Shown here one piece after another: positions 36,401 to 48,045 of a DNA stretch of 64,000 nucleotides. Each line of letters begins with the position of its first letter. Positions within the stretch are counted from its first letter, which is position 1. The position numbers and the translations under genes are program-made. The stretch lies in the NCBI GenBank assembly GCA_963735595.1, contig CAVTLK010000004.1:32001-96000 (forward strand), given 5' to 3'. Under the pieces are notes generated by a model. It was not told the origin of the DNA. It did not search any database and saw nothing but the letters and a program-made list of their open reading frames with translations. This stretch comes from an uncultured delta proteobacterium. GTDB taxonomy: Bacteria > Desulfobacterota > Zymogenia > Zymogenales > Zymogenaceae.

Positions 36401-39400
36401 GAGCGTGCCGCTGATGTTTGCAGAGTTGCTTCCTGAAGTTCCTCCGGTAATTCCTGCGCCCATTGTAGGTGCCGACCAGCTGTATGAGATGTCTGCCGGA
36501 ATAATTCCGTCGGTTCCGTCAACAGGTATTGTTGTGAAGGTTCCTTCACTGCATATTGTTGCGGTAAGATCGTTCACTGCAGGCATCGGATTGACAGTCA
36601 CTGTTACGGTGAAGGTTGCTCCCGTACATGATCCCGAGACAGGAGTAACGGTATAGGTTGCCGTTCCTGCCACACTGCCGGTATTGGTAAGAGATCCTGT
36701 AATGTTCGGACCTGCTCCTCCCGCGCCTGCGGATAATGTACCTGAAATAACCGGTGCACCCCATGTATAAGATGTTCCTGCCGGTACAACACCGTTAATG
36801 CCATTTACAGGAGCGGCTACGAATGTCGATCCGCTGCACATAGCTGTTGTCATGTCAGAAATTGCAGGCATCGGATTGACAGTAACCGACACTGTGAATG
36901 TTGAACCTGTACAGCCTCCTGAAACAGGCGTAACAGTGTAAGTTGCTATCTGAGCCGAGTTATTCGGATTGACAAGAGTGCCGGTAATGGCCGCACCTGA
37001 ACCCAGATCACCTCCGGTCATTCCTCCGGTCACTGAAGGAGCCGGCCAGGAGTATGTTGTCCCGCCGGGAACTATTCCGTTTGTCACATCCACAGGTGTT
37101 ACGGAGAATGATCCGCCGCTGCATATTGATGTGCTCATTGCCGATACCGAAGGTTTGGGATCAACAAGAACCGTAATTGTGAATGTTGCACCCGTGCAAC
37201 CGTTGGCAGTTGGTGTTACGATATATGTTGCACTATGCTGGGTGCTGGTCGGGTTTATCAGCGATCCGCTTATGTTTGCCGACCCGCTTCCGGCTGAACC
37301 GCCTGAGATACCGCCGGTAACTGAAGGAGCCAGCCAGGAATAGGTTGTTCCTGCAGGTACAATGCCATCAGCACCGTTTGCAGGCGTAATGGTGAATGAT
37401 CCTGCACTGCAGATCGTAGTGGTCAGGTTATTAATTGCAGGTTTCGGATTAACAGTTACTGTAACTGTAAAGTCAGCTCCGGTGCATGTACCTGTCACCG
37501 GTGTTACGGTATATACTGCTGTGCCTCCTGCATTATCTGTATTTGTCAGTGTGCCTGTAATTGTTGCACCCGATCCGGCTGCTTCTCCTGTTAATGCGCC
37601 CGTGATTGACGGTAAGGTCCAGGTATAAGTTGTGGCTGCCGGTACTATTCCATTGGTAAAGTTAACCGGTGAAACACTGAAGGGTGATCCACTGCAAACC
37701 GTAGAAGTCATTGCATTGATTGCCGGTTTCGGATTCACGGTTACTGTTACTGTAAAGGAGGATCCGACGCAGCTTCCCAGGGCAACAGATGACGTTGGAG
37801 TCACTGTATAAATTGCAGTCTGTGCAGTGTTTGTCGGATTTGTGAGTGTCCCGGTAATATCTGTTCCGCTTCCGGCAATGCCCCCTATAAGTCCGCCTGA
37901 TACAGCCGGAGCAAGCCATGTGTAAGATGTGACTGCCGGTACAAGACCATTGGTGACATCGACAGGAGTGACTGTAAAAGCTGCATCACTGCAAGTTGTT
38001 GCACTCATATTTGTTACTGCCGGTTTCGGATTTACTGTAACTATTACTGTAAATGTCGCTCCGGTACAGCTTCCCGACTTCGGTGTTACCGTATATGTGG
38101 CTGTCTGAACCGAGCTTGTTGTGTTTGTAAGGGTTCCGCTTATGGTTGCTGCATTAGTACCTGCCGCACCGCCGGTGACCAGTCCTGGTAATACTGAAGG
38201 AGCTGACCATGTGTATGTTGTCCCTGCGGGAACTATGCCATCAGTCCCGTCGACAGGATTGACAGTGAAACTCGTGCCGCTGCAGACAGCAGGCGTAAAG
38301 TCATTTACTGCAGGCATCGGATTAACTGTTACTGTTACCGTAAAGGTGGCTCCTGTACATGGACCAAGCGGCGATTCCGGTGTTACTGTATATGTTACAG
38401 TACCGGCGCTGCTGCCTGTATTTGTCAGAGTGCCGCTGATATTTGCGCCTGATCCTGCTAATACCGGATTGATTGTACCTGCTATTACCGGTACTCCCCA
38501 GCTATATGTCGTTCCTGCAGGTACTATTCCATTTGTACCATTTGCAGGTGTTACCGTGAAGGTGCCGCCGCTGCAGATTGTTGCCGTAATATCGTTAATG
38601 GCAGGTTTCGGGTTGACAGTGACCGTTACCGTGAATGTGGCGCCGGTACATGTTGCCGTGGCCGGGGTTACAGTATAGGTAGCCGTTTGTGGAATATTTG
38701 ATGTATTCACCAGTGTGCCGCTGATGTTTGCTGCCGATGTTCCTGCTGCACCGCCTGTTATACTTCCTGTGATAGTCGGTGCTGCCCAGGTATAGAGTGT
38801 ACCAGCGGGTACTATTCCGTCTGCCGGATCAGCAGGCGTTATAGTGAAGCTGCCTCCGCTGCAGATCGCTGCAGTCTGGTCGTTGATCGCAGGTTTAGGA
38901 TTGACAGTTACCGTAACTGTAAACGTAGCTCCCGTGCATGGACCTGCAGGGGATACAGGTGTAACTATATATTCTGCCGTTCCTGCAGTATTATTGCTGT
39001 TGGTAAGTGTGCCTGTTATGCTGGCGCCTGATCCTGCAACGCCTCCTGCAATACCTGCTGACATCGTAGGCGGACCCCATGAATAGGAGATCCCTACAGG
39101 TACCACTCCGTCGACGCCATTAACAGGTGTCTTGTTGAAGCTTCCGCTGCTGCAGATAGTTGAAGTAAGGCTATTTATAGCAGGCATCGGGTTGACAGTA
39201 ACTGTCAGCGTGAAGGATGAGCCTGTGCACGGACCTGCCGGTGATACAGGTGTTACAGTATAGATGGCTGTCTGTGCTGTGTTGAGAGGATTGGTGAGAG
39301 TACCAAAGATATTGTCGTCCGCTGTTAGCCTCTCCTCCTGTTATGCCGCCGCTCACTGTCGGTGCCGTCCAGGTGTAGGTAGTGCCTGCCGGAACAAGTC

Positions 39401-42400
39401 CGTTTGTTCCATCTGCAGGTGTCGCGGTAAAGGTCCCTCCGCTGCATATAACTGCCGTCATGGCTGTTATCGCAGGTTTAGGATTGACAGTTACTGTTAT
39501 TGTAAATGGTGTGCCTGTACAACTCCCCGACTTAGGTGTGACACTATAGGTTGCTGTAAGTACCGAGCTTGTGCTGTTGGTCAGTGTGCCGCTTATACTT
39601 GCTGCGTTGGTACCGGCTGTTCCGCCAGTGACACCAACATCAACGGTCGGTGCTGTCCATGTATAGGTTGTTCCTGAAGGAATGATCCCATCAGTGCCAT
39701 CGACAGGGTTAACTGTGAAAGTGCCTCCGCTGCATATTGCAGGCGTGAAGTTGTTTATCGCCGGCATCGGGTTGACAGTTACGGTTACCGTGAAGGTGGC
39801 TCCCGTACATGGTCCTGCAGGTGATTCCGGTGTTACCGTATAGGTTGCCGTTCCTGCACTGCTGCCTGTATTTGTCAGTGTGCCCGTGATACTGGCTCCT
39901 GATCCTCCTAATACCGGCGGTGTGATTGTCCCGACTATCGTTGGAACTCCCCAGCTGTATGTCGTTCCTGCAGGTACTATTCCATTTGTACCATTTGCAG
40001 GTGTTACCGTGAAAGTTCCGCCGCTGCAGATCGTCGATGTAAGATTATTGACTGCAGGCATCGGGTTAACTGTTACGGTTACCGTGAAGGTGGATCCTGT
40101 ACATGTCCCTGATACCGGTGTAACAGTATATGTGGCTGTATGTACTGCATTTGTCGGGTTGACAAGCGTACCTGAAATATTCACTGCAGATGTGCCTGCC
40201 GCTCCTCCCGTTATTCCTCCTGTTACCGAAGGCGCTGCCCAGGTATAAAGGGTGCCTGCCGGTACCAGTCCGTCTGTTGTGTTGACAGGCGCTATAGTAA
40301 AGCTGCCGCCACTGCATATCACTGCAGTCTGGTCGTTGATCGCAGGTTTAGGATTGACTGTTACCGTAATTGTAAATGGCGTTCCTGTACAGCTTCCTGT
40401 GGCAGGTGTGACAGTGTATGTTGCTGTGGCTGCAGTGTTCAAAGAGTTGGTAAGTGTGCCTGTTATGCTTGCTCCCGATCCTGCAATACCTCCGGCTATT
40501 CCTGCATCCATGGCTGGTGGAGTCCATGAATAGGATATTCCTACGGGTACCAGTCCGTTAACACCATTTACTGGTGTAACATGCTGAAGCTTCCGCTGCT
40601 GCAGATCGCTGAAGTAAGATTATTTATTGCAGGCATCGGGTTGACTGTTACCGTTACCGTAAAGGTCGAGCCTGTACAAGGACCATCAGGTGATACAGGT
40701 GTTACAGTATAGATGGCTGTCTGGGCTGTGTTCAGAGGGTTGGTGAGTGTGCCTGTTATGTCAGTACCGCTGCCTGCCAATCCTCCTGTGATGCCGCCGC
40801 TGACTGTCGGTGCCGTCCAGCTGTAGGTTGTACCTGGCCGGAACTATTCCGTTTGTGCTGTTGACGGGTGTTACCGTGAATGTTCCGCCGCTGCAGATAG
40901 CTGCAGTCATTGCGGTTATTGCAGGTTTCGGATTAACAGTAACAACAATTTCAAATGATGCTCCTGTACAGCCTCCTGTCTTTGGAGTTACTGTATATGT
41001 TGCTGTCTGAACACTATTTGTGGTATTGGTAAGAGTACCGCTTATGTTTGCAGAATTTGTACCTGAAGCACCACCTGTAATGAGACCGGGTGTTACTGTC
41101 GGACCCGGCCATGAATATATTGTTCCGGCAGGCACAACACCATCGGTTGCATCCACAGGGGTTACTGCGAATGTTCCGCCACTGCAGATTGCTGCAGTGA
41201 GGTCGTTGATGTCAGGTGTCGGGTTGACTGTAACTGTGACTAAGAAGTCGGGCCCCGTACATGCCCCTGCGACAGGAGTCACGGTGTATATGGCAGTACC
41301 GGCTGTGCTTCCGTTATTTGTCAGAGTGCCGGAAATATTTGCTCCACCACCTCCAACACCTCCTGCGATGCTTCCGGTTATTGCCGGAGCGCCCCAGGTA
41401 TATGTAGTACCAACAGGCACTGTTCCGTTTGTGCCATTGACAGGTGTTACCGTGAATGTCTCGCTGCTGCAGATCGCTGCCGACATGCTGTTGATGCCCG
41501 GTGTCGGGTTGACGGTTACCACAGGACCCAGGTGGTTTACCGTGCATGCGCCGTTTCTTTCTATTGCTGAAACCATTCCTGATACTCCGGCGAGAGGGAA
41601 TGTAATATCCACTTCATTATCATCATTTGGTAGGCTGGATACATATGCTCCCGGAGGAGAGCTCCAGGCATATGTAGAACCTATTAATGTGTTATCGGGC
41701 AGGATAGTATAATGTTTTATTCCATCCTTGCAAACTGAATTATCTCCGGTGACGAGAGTCCCGGCTATAACAGGAGAAACAGTAATGGGCAATGTCTTAA
41801 CAGGAGTACTTAAACAGCCTGTTGACAGATTTCTTGCATAAACCGTTATGTTTCCTGATCCTGATGAAGCGCCATTGACAAGGATGAAGTACATTTTTGC
41901 ATCGAATGCCTTTGTGACGATTGCCGGGACTGTCCAGAAATATTCAAATCCTGCGCCGAGGTCATTGATCTGGTATGTTTTGTTTATGGCATCCTGGCAT
42001 ATCGGGGATTCTCCTGTAATTGATGTTAACACAGGAAGAGGATTTACAGTTACGGAATGAACTGAAGTAGTTGGTCCGTTACATCCTGCGGCTTCAACTG
42101 TTATCACTGTTGATCCAAACCAGGTTGCTGCATAAGTAACTTCTCCTGTGGAAGCATTTATTGTATTGCTTCCGGCAATTGAGGCGGCATCAAGACTATA
42201 AGTAAGACTTGTGGAATTTGTGGCTGTTGCTGTATAGGTTACTGTACCTGCTGCCTGGCATCTTGTTGAGCTTGCTCCAAGAGCAAATACCGGTGTACCA
42301 ACAGTCGTAGTGACAGTAACTGTTGTTGAAGCTGAAGGTGATGGTCCGCTGCAACCATTCGCTGTAACCGAAACTGTAGCGACTCCGGTAAATGCTGCAT

Positions 42401-45400
42401 CCCAGGTAACTGTTCCTGTAGTGCCTGTCCCTGAGATGGTATTTCCGGCTCCTGTTACTGACCAGTTATATGACGTGGCATTTGCCGCTGATGTTGTATA
42501 GCTTGTCGGAGCGCTTCCCTGGCATATAGTTGATAATGATGGATCCGGTGTACTTGGAGTACCTACATCAGGAAGTACTGTTACAGTACCTGATGCACAG
42601 GCTGTGGTGTTACAGTCTCCCTCCGCACGAACGTAATAGGTTGTGCTTGTACCAGCAGCCGGATTGACGACAAGGCTGGCTCCGGTTCCAACAGCAGTAC
42701 CGCCGCAGGAACTTGTATACCAATGCCATGATGCTCCGGTTCCAAGGCTGCCACCGGTTGGTGTAAGTGTTTTATTCGTTCCAACACAAGTGTTATTATT
42801 GGTGATATTTATTCCTGTTGGTGCTGTTGAAAGGCTCTTAACAGTAACTGCTAAAGTTCTGGCAACGCTTGTACCGCAACTGTTGCCTGCTGTAACAGAT
42901 ATATTGCCATCGTCACCAAAATTACCGGATGTAACAACTATTGCTGTCGTTCCATTACCTGAATTTATGGTCCACCCAGTTGGAACTGTCCAGGTGTACG
43001 TGGTTGCATCTGTTACAGCACTAATGCTATAATTCAGGCTACCGGTAGCAGGACATTGTGCTGCTGTTCCGGTTATTGCTCCAGGCTGTGCCGGTGTGGC
43101 CGGCAATGTGGCATAGCTGATAACATTCGAACTTATTGAGGTGCCGCAGCTGTTACCTGCCCTCACTCTGTAATAATACGTTGTCCCTGCTGTTAGTCCG
43201 GTGACACTATAGGTAACTACATTATTTACATCAAGGTTATTGTATACCCGCTACAAATGACGCAAAAGTGGCTACTGTGGATACATCCAGATAATAATCA
43301 GTTGCATCGGTTGATGCACTCCAGTTAGCGCTTATTGACGTACAGGCTGCGTTTGAGCCGGCGTTCGCTGTCGGTGGTGCCGGTGTGGCTGGCAATGTGG
43401 CATAGCTGATAACATTCGAACTTATTGAGGTGCCGCAGCTGTTACCTGCCCTGACTCTGTAATAATACGTTGTCCCTGCTGTTAGTCCGGTGACACTATA
43501 GGTAACTACATTATTTACATCAAGGTTATTGTATACCCGCTACAAATGACGCAAAAGTGGCTACTGTCGATACATCCAGATAATAATCAGTTGCATCGGT
43601 TGATGCACTCCAGTTAGCGCTTATTGAGGTACAGGCTGCGTTTGAGCCGGCGTTGGCTGTCGGTGGTGCCGGTGTGGCTGGCAATGTGGAATAGCTGATA
43701 ACATTCGAACTTATTGAGGTGCCGCAGCTGTTACCTGCCCTGACTCTGTAATAATACGTTGTCCCTGCTGTCAGTCCGGTGACACTATAGGTAACTACAT
43801 TATTTACATCAAGGTTATTGTATACCCGCTACAAATGACGCAAAAGTGGCTACTGTGGATACATCCAGATAATAATCAGTTGCATCGGTTGATGCACTCC
43901 AGTTAGCGCTTATTGATGTACAGGCTGCGTTTGAGCCGGCGTTGGCTGTCGGTGGTGCCGGTGTGGCTGGCAATGTGGAATAGCTGATAACATTCGAACT
44001 TATTGAGGTGCCGCAGCTGTTACCTGCCCTCACCCTGTAATAATACGTTGTCCCTGCCGTTAGTCCGGTGACACTATAGGTAACTACATTATTTACATCA
44101 AGGTTATTGTATACCCGCTACAAATGACGCAAAAGTGGCTACTGTGGATACATCCAGATAATAATCAGTTGCATCGGTTGATGCACTCCAGTTAGCGCTT
44201 ATTGAGGTACAGGCTGCGTTTGAGCCGGCGTTGGCTGTCGGTGGTGCCGGTGTGGCTGGCAATGTGGCATAGCTGATAACGTTCGAACTTATTGAGGTGC
44301 CGCAGCTGTTACCTGCCCTCACCCTGTAATAATAGGTTGTCCCTGCCGTTAGTCCGGTGACACTATAGGTAACTACATTATTTACATCAAGGTTATTGTA
44401 TACCGCTACAAATGACGCAAAAGTGGCTACTGTGGATACATCCAGATAATAATCAGTTGCATCGGTTGATGCACTCCAGTTAGCGCTTATTGAGGTACAG
44501 GCTGCGTTTGAGCCTGCGTTGGCTGTCGGTGGTGCCGGTGTGGCTGGCAATGTGGCATAACTGATCGTTCTGAATTTCCTGAGGTGCCGCAGCTGTTACC
44601 AGCTCTCACCCTGTAATAATAGGTCGTACCTGCCGTTAGACCTGTTACACTATAGGTAACTACATTATGTACATCCCTGTTATTATATCCTGCTACAAAT
44701 GACGCAAAAGTGGCCAATGTGGATACATCCAGGTAATAATTGGTGGCACCGGCTGATGCACTCCAGTTGGCGTCTATTGAGGTACATGCAGCGTTTGTCC
44801 CTGCGTTAGCTGTCGGAGTTGCCGGTGTGGCCGGTAGTGTGGCATAACTAATCGTTCCTGAATTGCCTGATAAGCCGCAGGGGTTTGCAGCTCTGACTCT
44901 GTAATAGTAAGTTGTACCGGCAGTCAGACCAGTCACAGAAAATGTAGTAACATTACCAACGTTCCGGTTATTATATCCTGCAACAAATGATGCAAAGGTT
45001 GCAGATGTGGAAACATCCAGAAAATAAGCTGTTGTACCCGTTGAAACACTCCAGTTAGCGCATATAGACGTACACGCTGCATTTGATCCGGCATTAGCTG
45101 TCGGGTCTGCCGGTGTGGCCGGCAATGTGGCATAACTTATAGTGTTTGAATTACCTGATGTTCCACAAACACTTATAGACCTCAATCTGTAATAATATGT
45201 TGTACCTGCTGTTAAACCTGTAACATTCTAGGTTAATACATTGCCAACATTAAGAGCATTATAACCTGCTACAAATGAGGCAAATAGTATTTGATGTTGA
45301 TACGTCAAGCTCATATGCCGTTGCTCCTGCTGCAGCGTTCCAGTTTGCTGTTATTTGCAGGCATTGTGCACCTGTACCGGCAATAGCAACCGGAGCAACC

Positions 45401-48040
45401 GATGGAGATGTTGCATAGGAAATAGTATTTGAGTTGGCACTTGTTCCGCAAGCAGCAACTGCTCTGACTCTATAATAATAAGTTGTAAGGGTTGCCAGAC
45501 CTGTTACGGAATAAGTTGAAACGTTACCAACATTCAGATCCTTGTAGCCTGCTACAAATTGAAGTAAATGCGGCATCCGTGGATACATCCAGCCTGTATG
45601 AGGTTGCACCGAATGATGCATTCCAGTTAGCATTGATCGAGGTACATGTCGCACCCGTTCCTGCTGTTGCCACTGGTGCCGGTGGAACAACTGTCCCTGT
45701 AGTTATAACGTTTGAACTAATGCTTGTACCGCAACTGTTACCTGCCCTGACCCTGTAATAATAGGTTGTAAGGGCAGCAAGTCCTGTTACATTATAAGTG
45801 GTGACGTTATTTACATCCAGATTGTTGTATCCTGCTACAAATGATGCAAAGACGGCTGAAGTGGAAACATCCAGGTAATAATCGGTGGCATTGGCTGATG
45901 CATTCCAGTTGGCAGTAAATGCAGTACATCCTGCATTTGTTGCGGCAGTTGCCACAGGAGCGAAGGAGTTGCAGGAAGTGTGGCATAGCTGATAGTTCCT
46001 GAATTGCCTGATGTTCCGCAACTGTTCCCTGCCCTCACTCTGTAATAATAGGTTGTCCCTGCTGTTAGTCCGGTGACACTATAGGTAACTACATTATTTA
46101 CATCAAGGTTATTGTATACCCCTACAAATGACGCAAAAGTGGCTACTGTGGATACATCCAGATAATAATCAGTTGCATCGGTTGATGCACTCCAGTTAGC
46201 GCTTATTGAGGTACAGGCTGCGTTTGAGCCGGCGTTGGCTGTCGGTGGTGCCGGTGTGGCTGGCAGTGTGGCATAGCTGATAACATTCGAACTTATTGAG
46301 GTGCCGCAGCTGTTACCTGCCCTCACTCTGTAATAATACGTTGTCCCTGCTGTTAGTCCGGTGACACTATAGGTAACTACATTATTTACATCAAGGTTAT
46401 TGTATACCCCTACAAATGACGCAAAAGTGGCTACTGTGGATACATCCAGATAATAATCAGTTGCATCGGTTGATGCACTCCAGTTAGCGCTTATTGAGGT
46501 ACAGGCTGCGTTTGAGCCGGCGTTGGCTGTCGGTGGTGCCGGTGTGGCCGGCAATGTGGAATAGCTGATAACATTCGAACTTATTGAGGTGCCGCAGCTG
46601 TTTCCTGCCCTCACTCTGTAATAATACGTTGTCCCTGCTGTTAGTCCGGTGACACTATAGGTAACTACATTATTTACATCAAGGTTATTGTATCCCGCTA
46701 CAAATGACGCAAAAGTGGCTACTGTGGATACATCCAGATAATAATCAGTTGCATCGGTTGATGCACTCCAGTTAGCGCTTATTGACGTACAGGCTGCGTT
46801 TGAGCCGGCGTTCGCTGTCGGTGGTGCCGGTGTGGCCGGCAGTGTGGCATAGCTGATACATTCTGAACTTGCCTGAGGTACCGCAGCTGTTCCCTGCCCT
46901 TACCCTGTAATAATAGGTTGTTCCTGCTGTCAGACCAGTAACATCATATAATAAGAACATTATTAACATCAAGATTATTGTATCCCGCTACAAATGATGC
47001 AAAAGTGGCGACTGTCGATACATCCAGATAATAATCTGTGGCATTTGTCGATGCACTCCAGTTGGCTCTTATTGATGTACAGGCTGCGTTTGAGCCTGCA
47101 TTGGCTGTTGGAGCCAGTGGTACTGGGATTACCGTAATATTTTTTGTCACTGTCGATCCGCAATATGGTGTAGTGGGATATCGCCACTCGACACTCATAA
47201 TCCCGGAAGTTCCTGTCGCATCCACTGTTATATCTTTTGTCGTATTGCCGGCAAGATTAGTCCATCCGGCAGGCGGGGTCCAGTTATAAACCGTAGCGCC
47301 TCCAATAAGCTGATTTGCAGGAGGATTAGGTAATGAATATGCTAAACCCACAGTGTTTAAACAAACCGGCGAAGGCCCAGTAATTATATCCGACAGTGTT
47401 AAAGACTCTCTGATTGTGAGAACAATTGGTGTAGCAGGGCTGACGCATCCATTAACACCCCCATTTACCTGTGTAACATAGAAAGTAGCAGTACTTGCAG
47501 GCGTGTTGGGAATACCAGTAGTATAACTATTTGTATTGTTTGATCCAGGAGCAACTGTGGTAAGTGTTGCGTCTGTGAACCAGTAAAAAGTCGCACCTGC
47601 CATTCCGGTAACTGTTAAAGGCAGAACAGCACTTCCAACACATATTGTTCCGTTTATAGGGATTGGGGCAGGAGAGAAGGAATTAGTCTTAAACGGGAAA
47701 TGGTTGTTACTGCATTTACAAAAGCAAAAGGAGTTCCGTCATAAATATTACAGGGACCCCAGTATCTCATTGTGACTTCAATTACATCATCTGCTACATC
47801 TGTTGAGAGATTACCTTTATGATAAATTGGGTAAGTAGTTGCACGAGGGGTAATTAGAAGTTTCAATCTATATAGAATAGATAGTTTACTACAGGTCCTT
47901 CATATGGAATTGGATTTCCGACTGCATCGGTAATCCAGACCGTATCTCCTGGTGCTCTAATTAATCCTGTATGAGGGATACTAGGAGTGGTTTGAGTGGA
48001 ATATACATATTGAACATACCTTGGCTTAATATTTGGTAAT
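30464..48040 (-). CDS. giant T9SS-secreted surface adhesin (FN3 repeats, Ig-like, ~28 PKD-like repeats, PKD domains, gliding-motility-associated type B CTD); 5'-truncated, many frameshifts
   Basis: Consecutive minus-strand ORF fragments share the same repeat grammar. The C-terminus has WDFGDG PKD domains and VFTPN...LQIFNRQG...WNG...GVYVW...GDITLLH. The span implies more than 5,800 codons. Confidence 0.88.
33420..41520 (-). repeat. about 28 tandem ~98-aa PKD-like domains
   Basis: Motif xCSGG(T/S)F...G(I/V)VP.GT.Y(T/S)W...(I/V)(S/T)GTL.N...ATYTVTP...CTG..FTVTVTVNP counted 28 times across the ORF fragments. Confidence 0.85.
43085..47105 (-). repeat. 14 tandem ~288-bp fibronectin type III units, two blocks nearly identical at DNA level
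   Basis: ANAGSNAACTSISANWSAS..ATDYYLDVST...GLTAGTTYYYRVRA unit. Near-identical blocks at about 43085-44530 and 45990-46830. Confidence 0.88.
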
Positions 48041-48045
48041 TCTAC

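Noticed and set aside
33400..43100. Plus-strand Val/Pro-rich ORFs
   Set aside because: Antisense shadows of the Thr/Gly-rich repeat adhesin.
43085..47105. Diversity-generating retroelement template/variable repeats
   Set aside because: No reverse transcriptase is present, differences are not adenine-specific, and the repeats are whole tandem domains.
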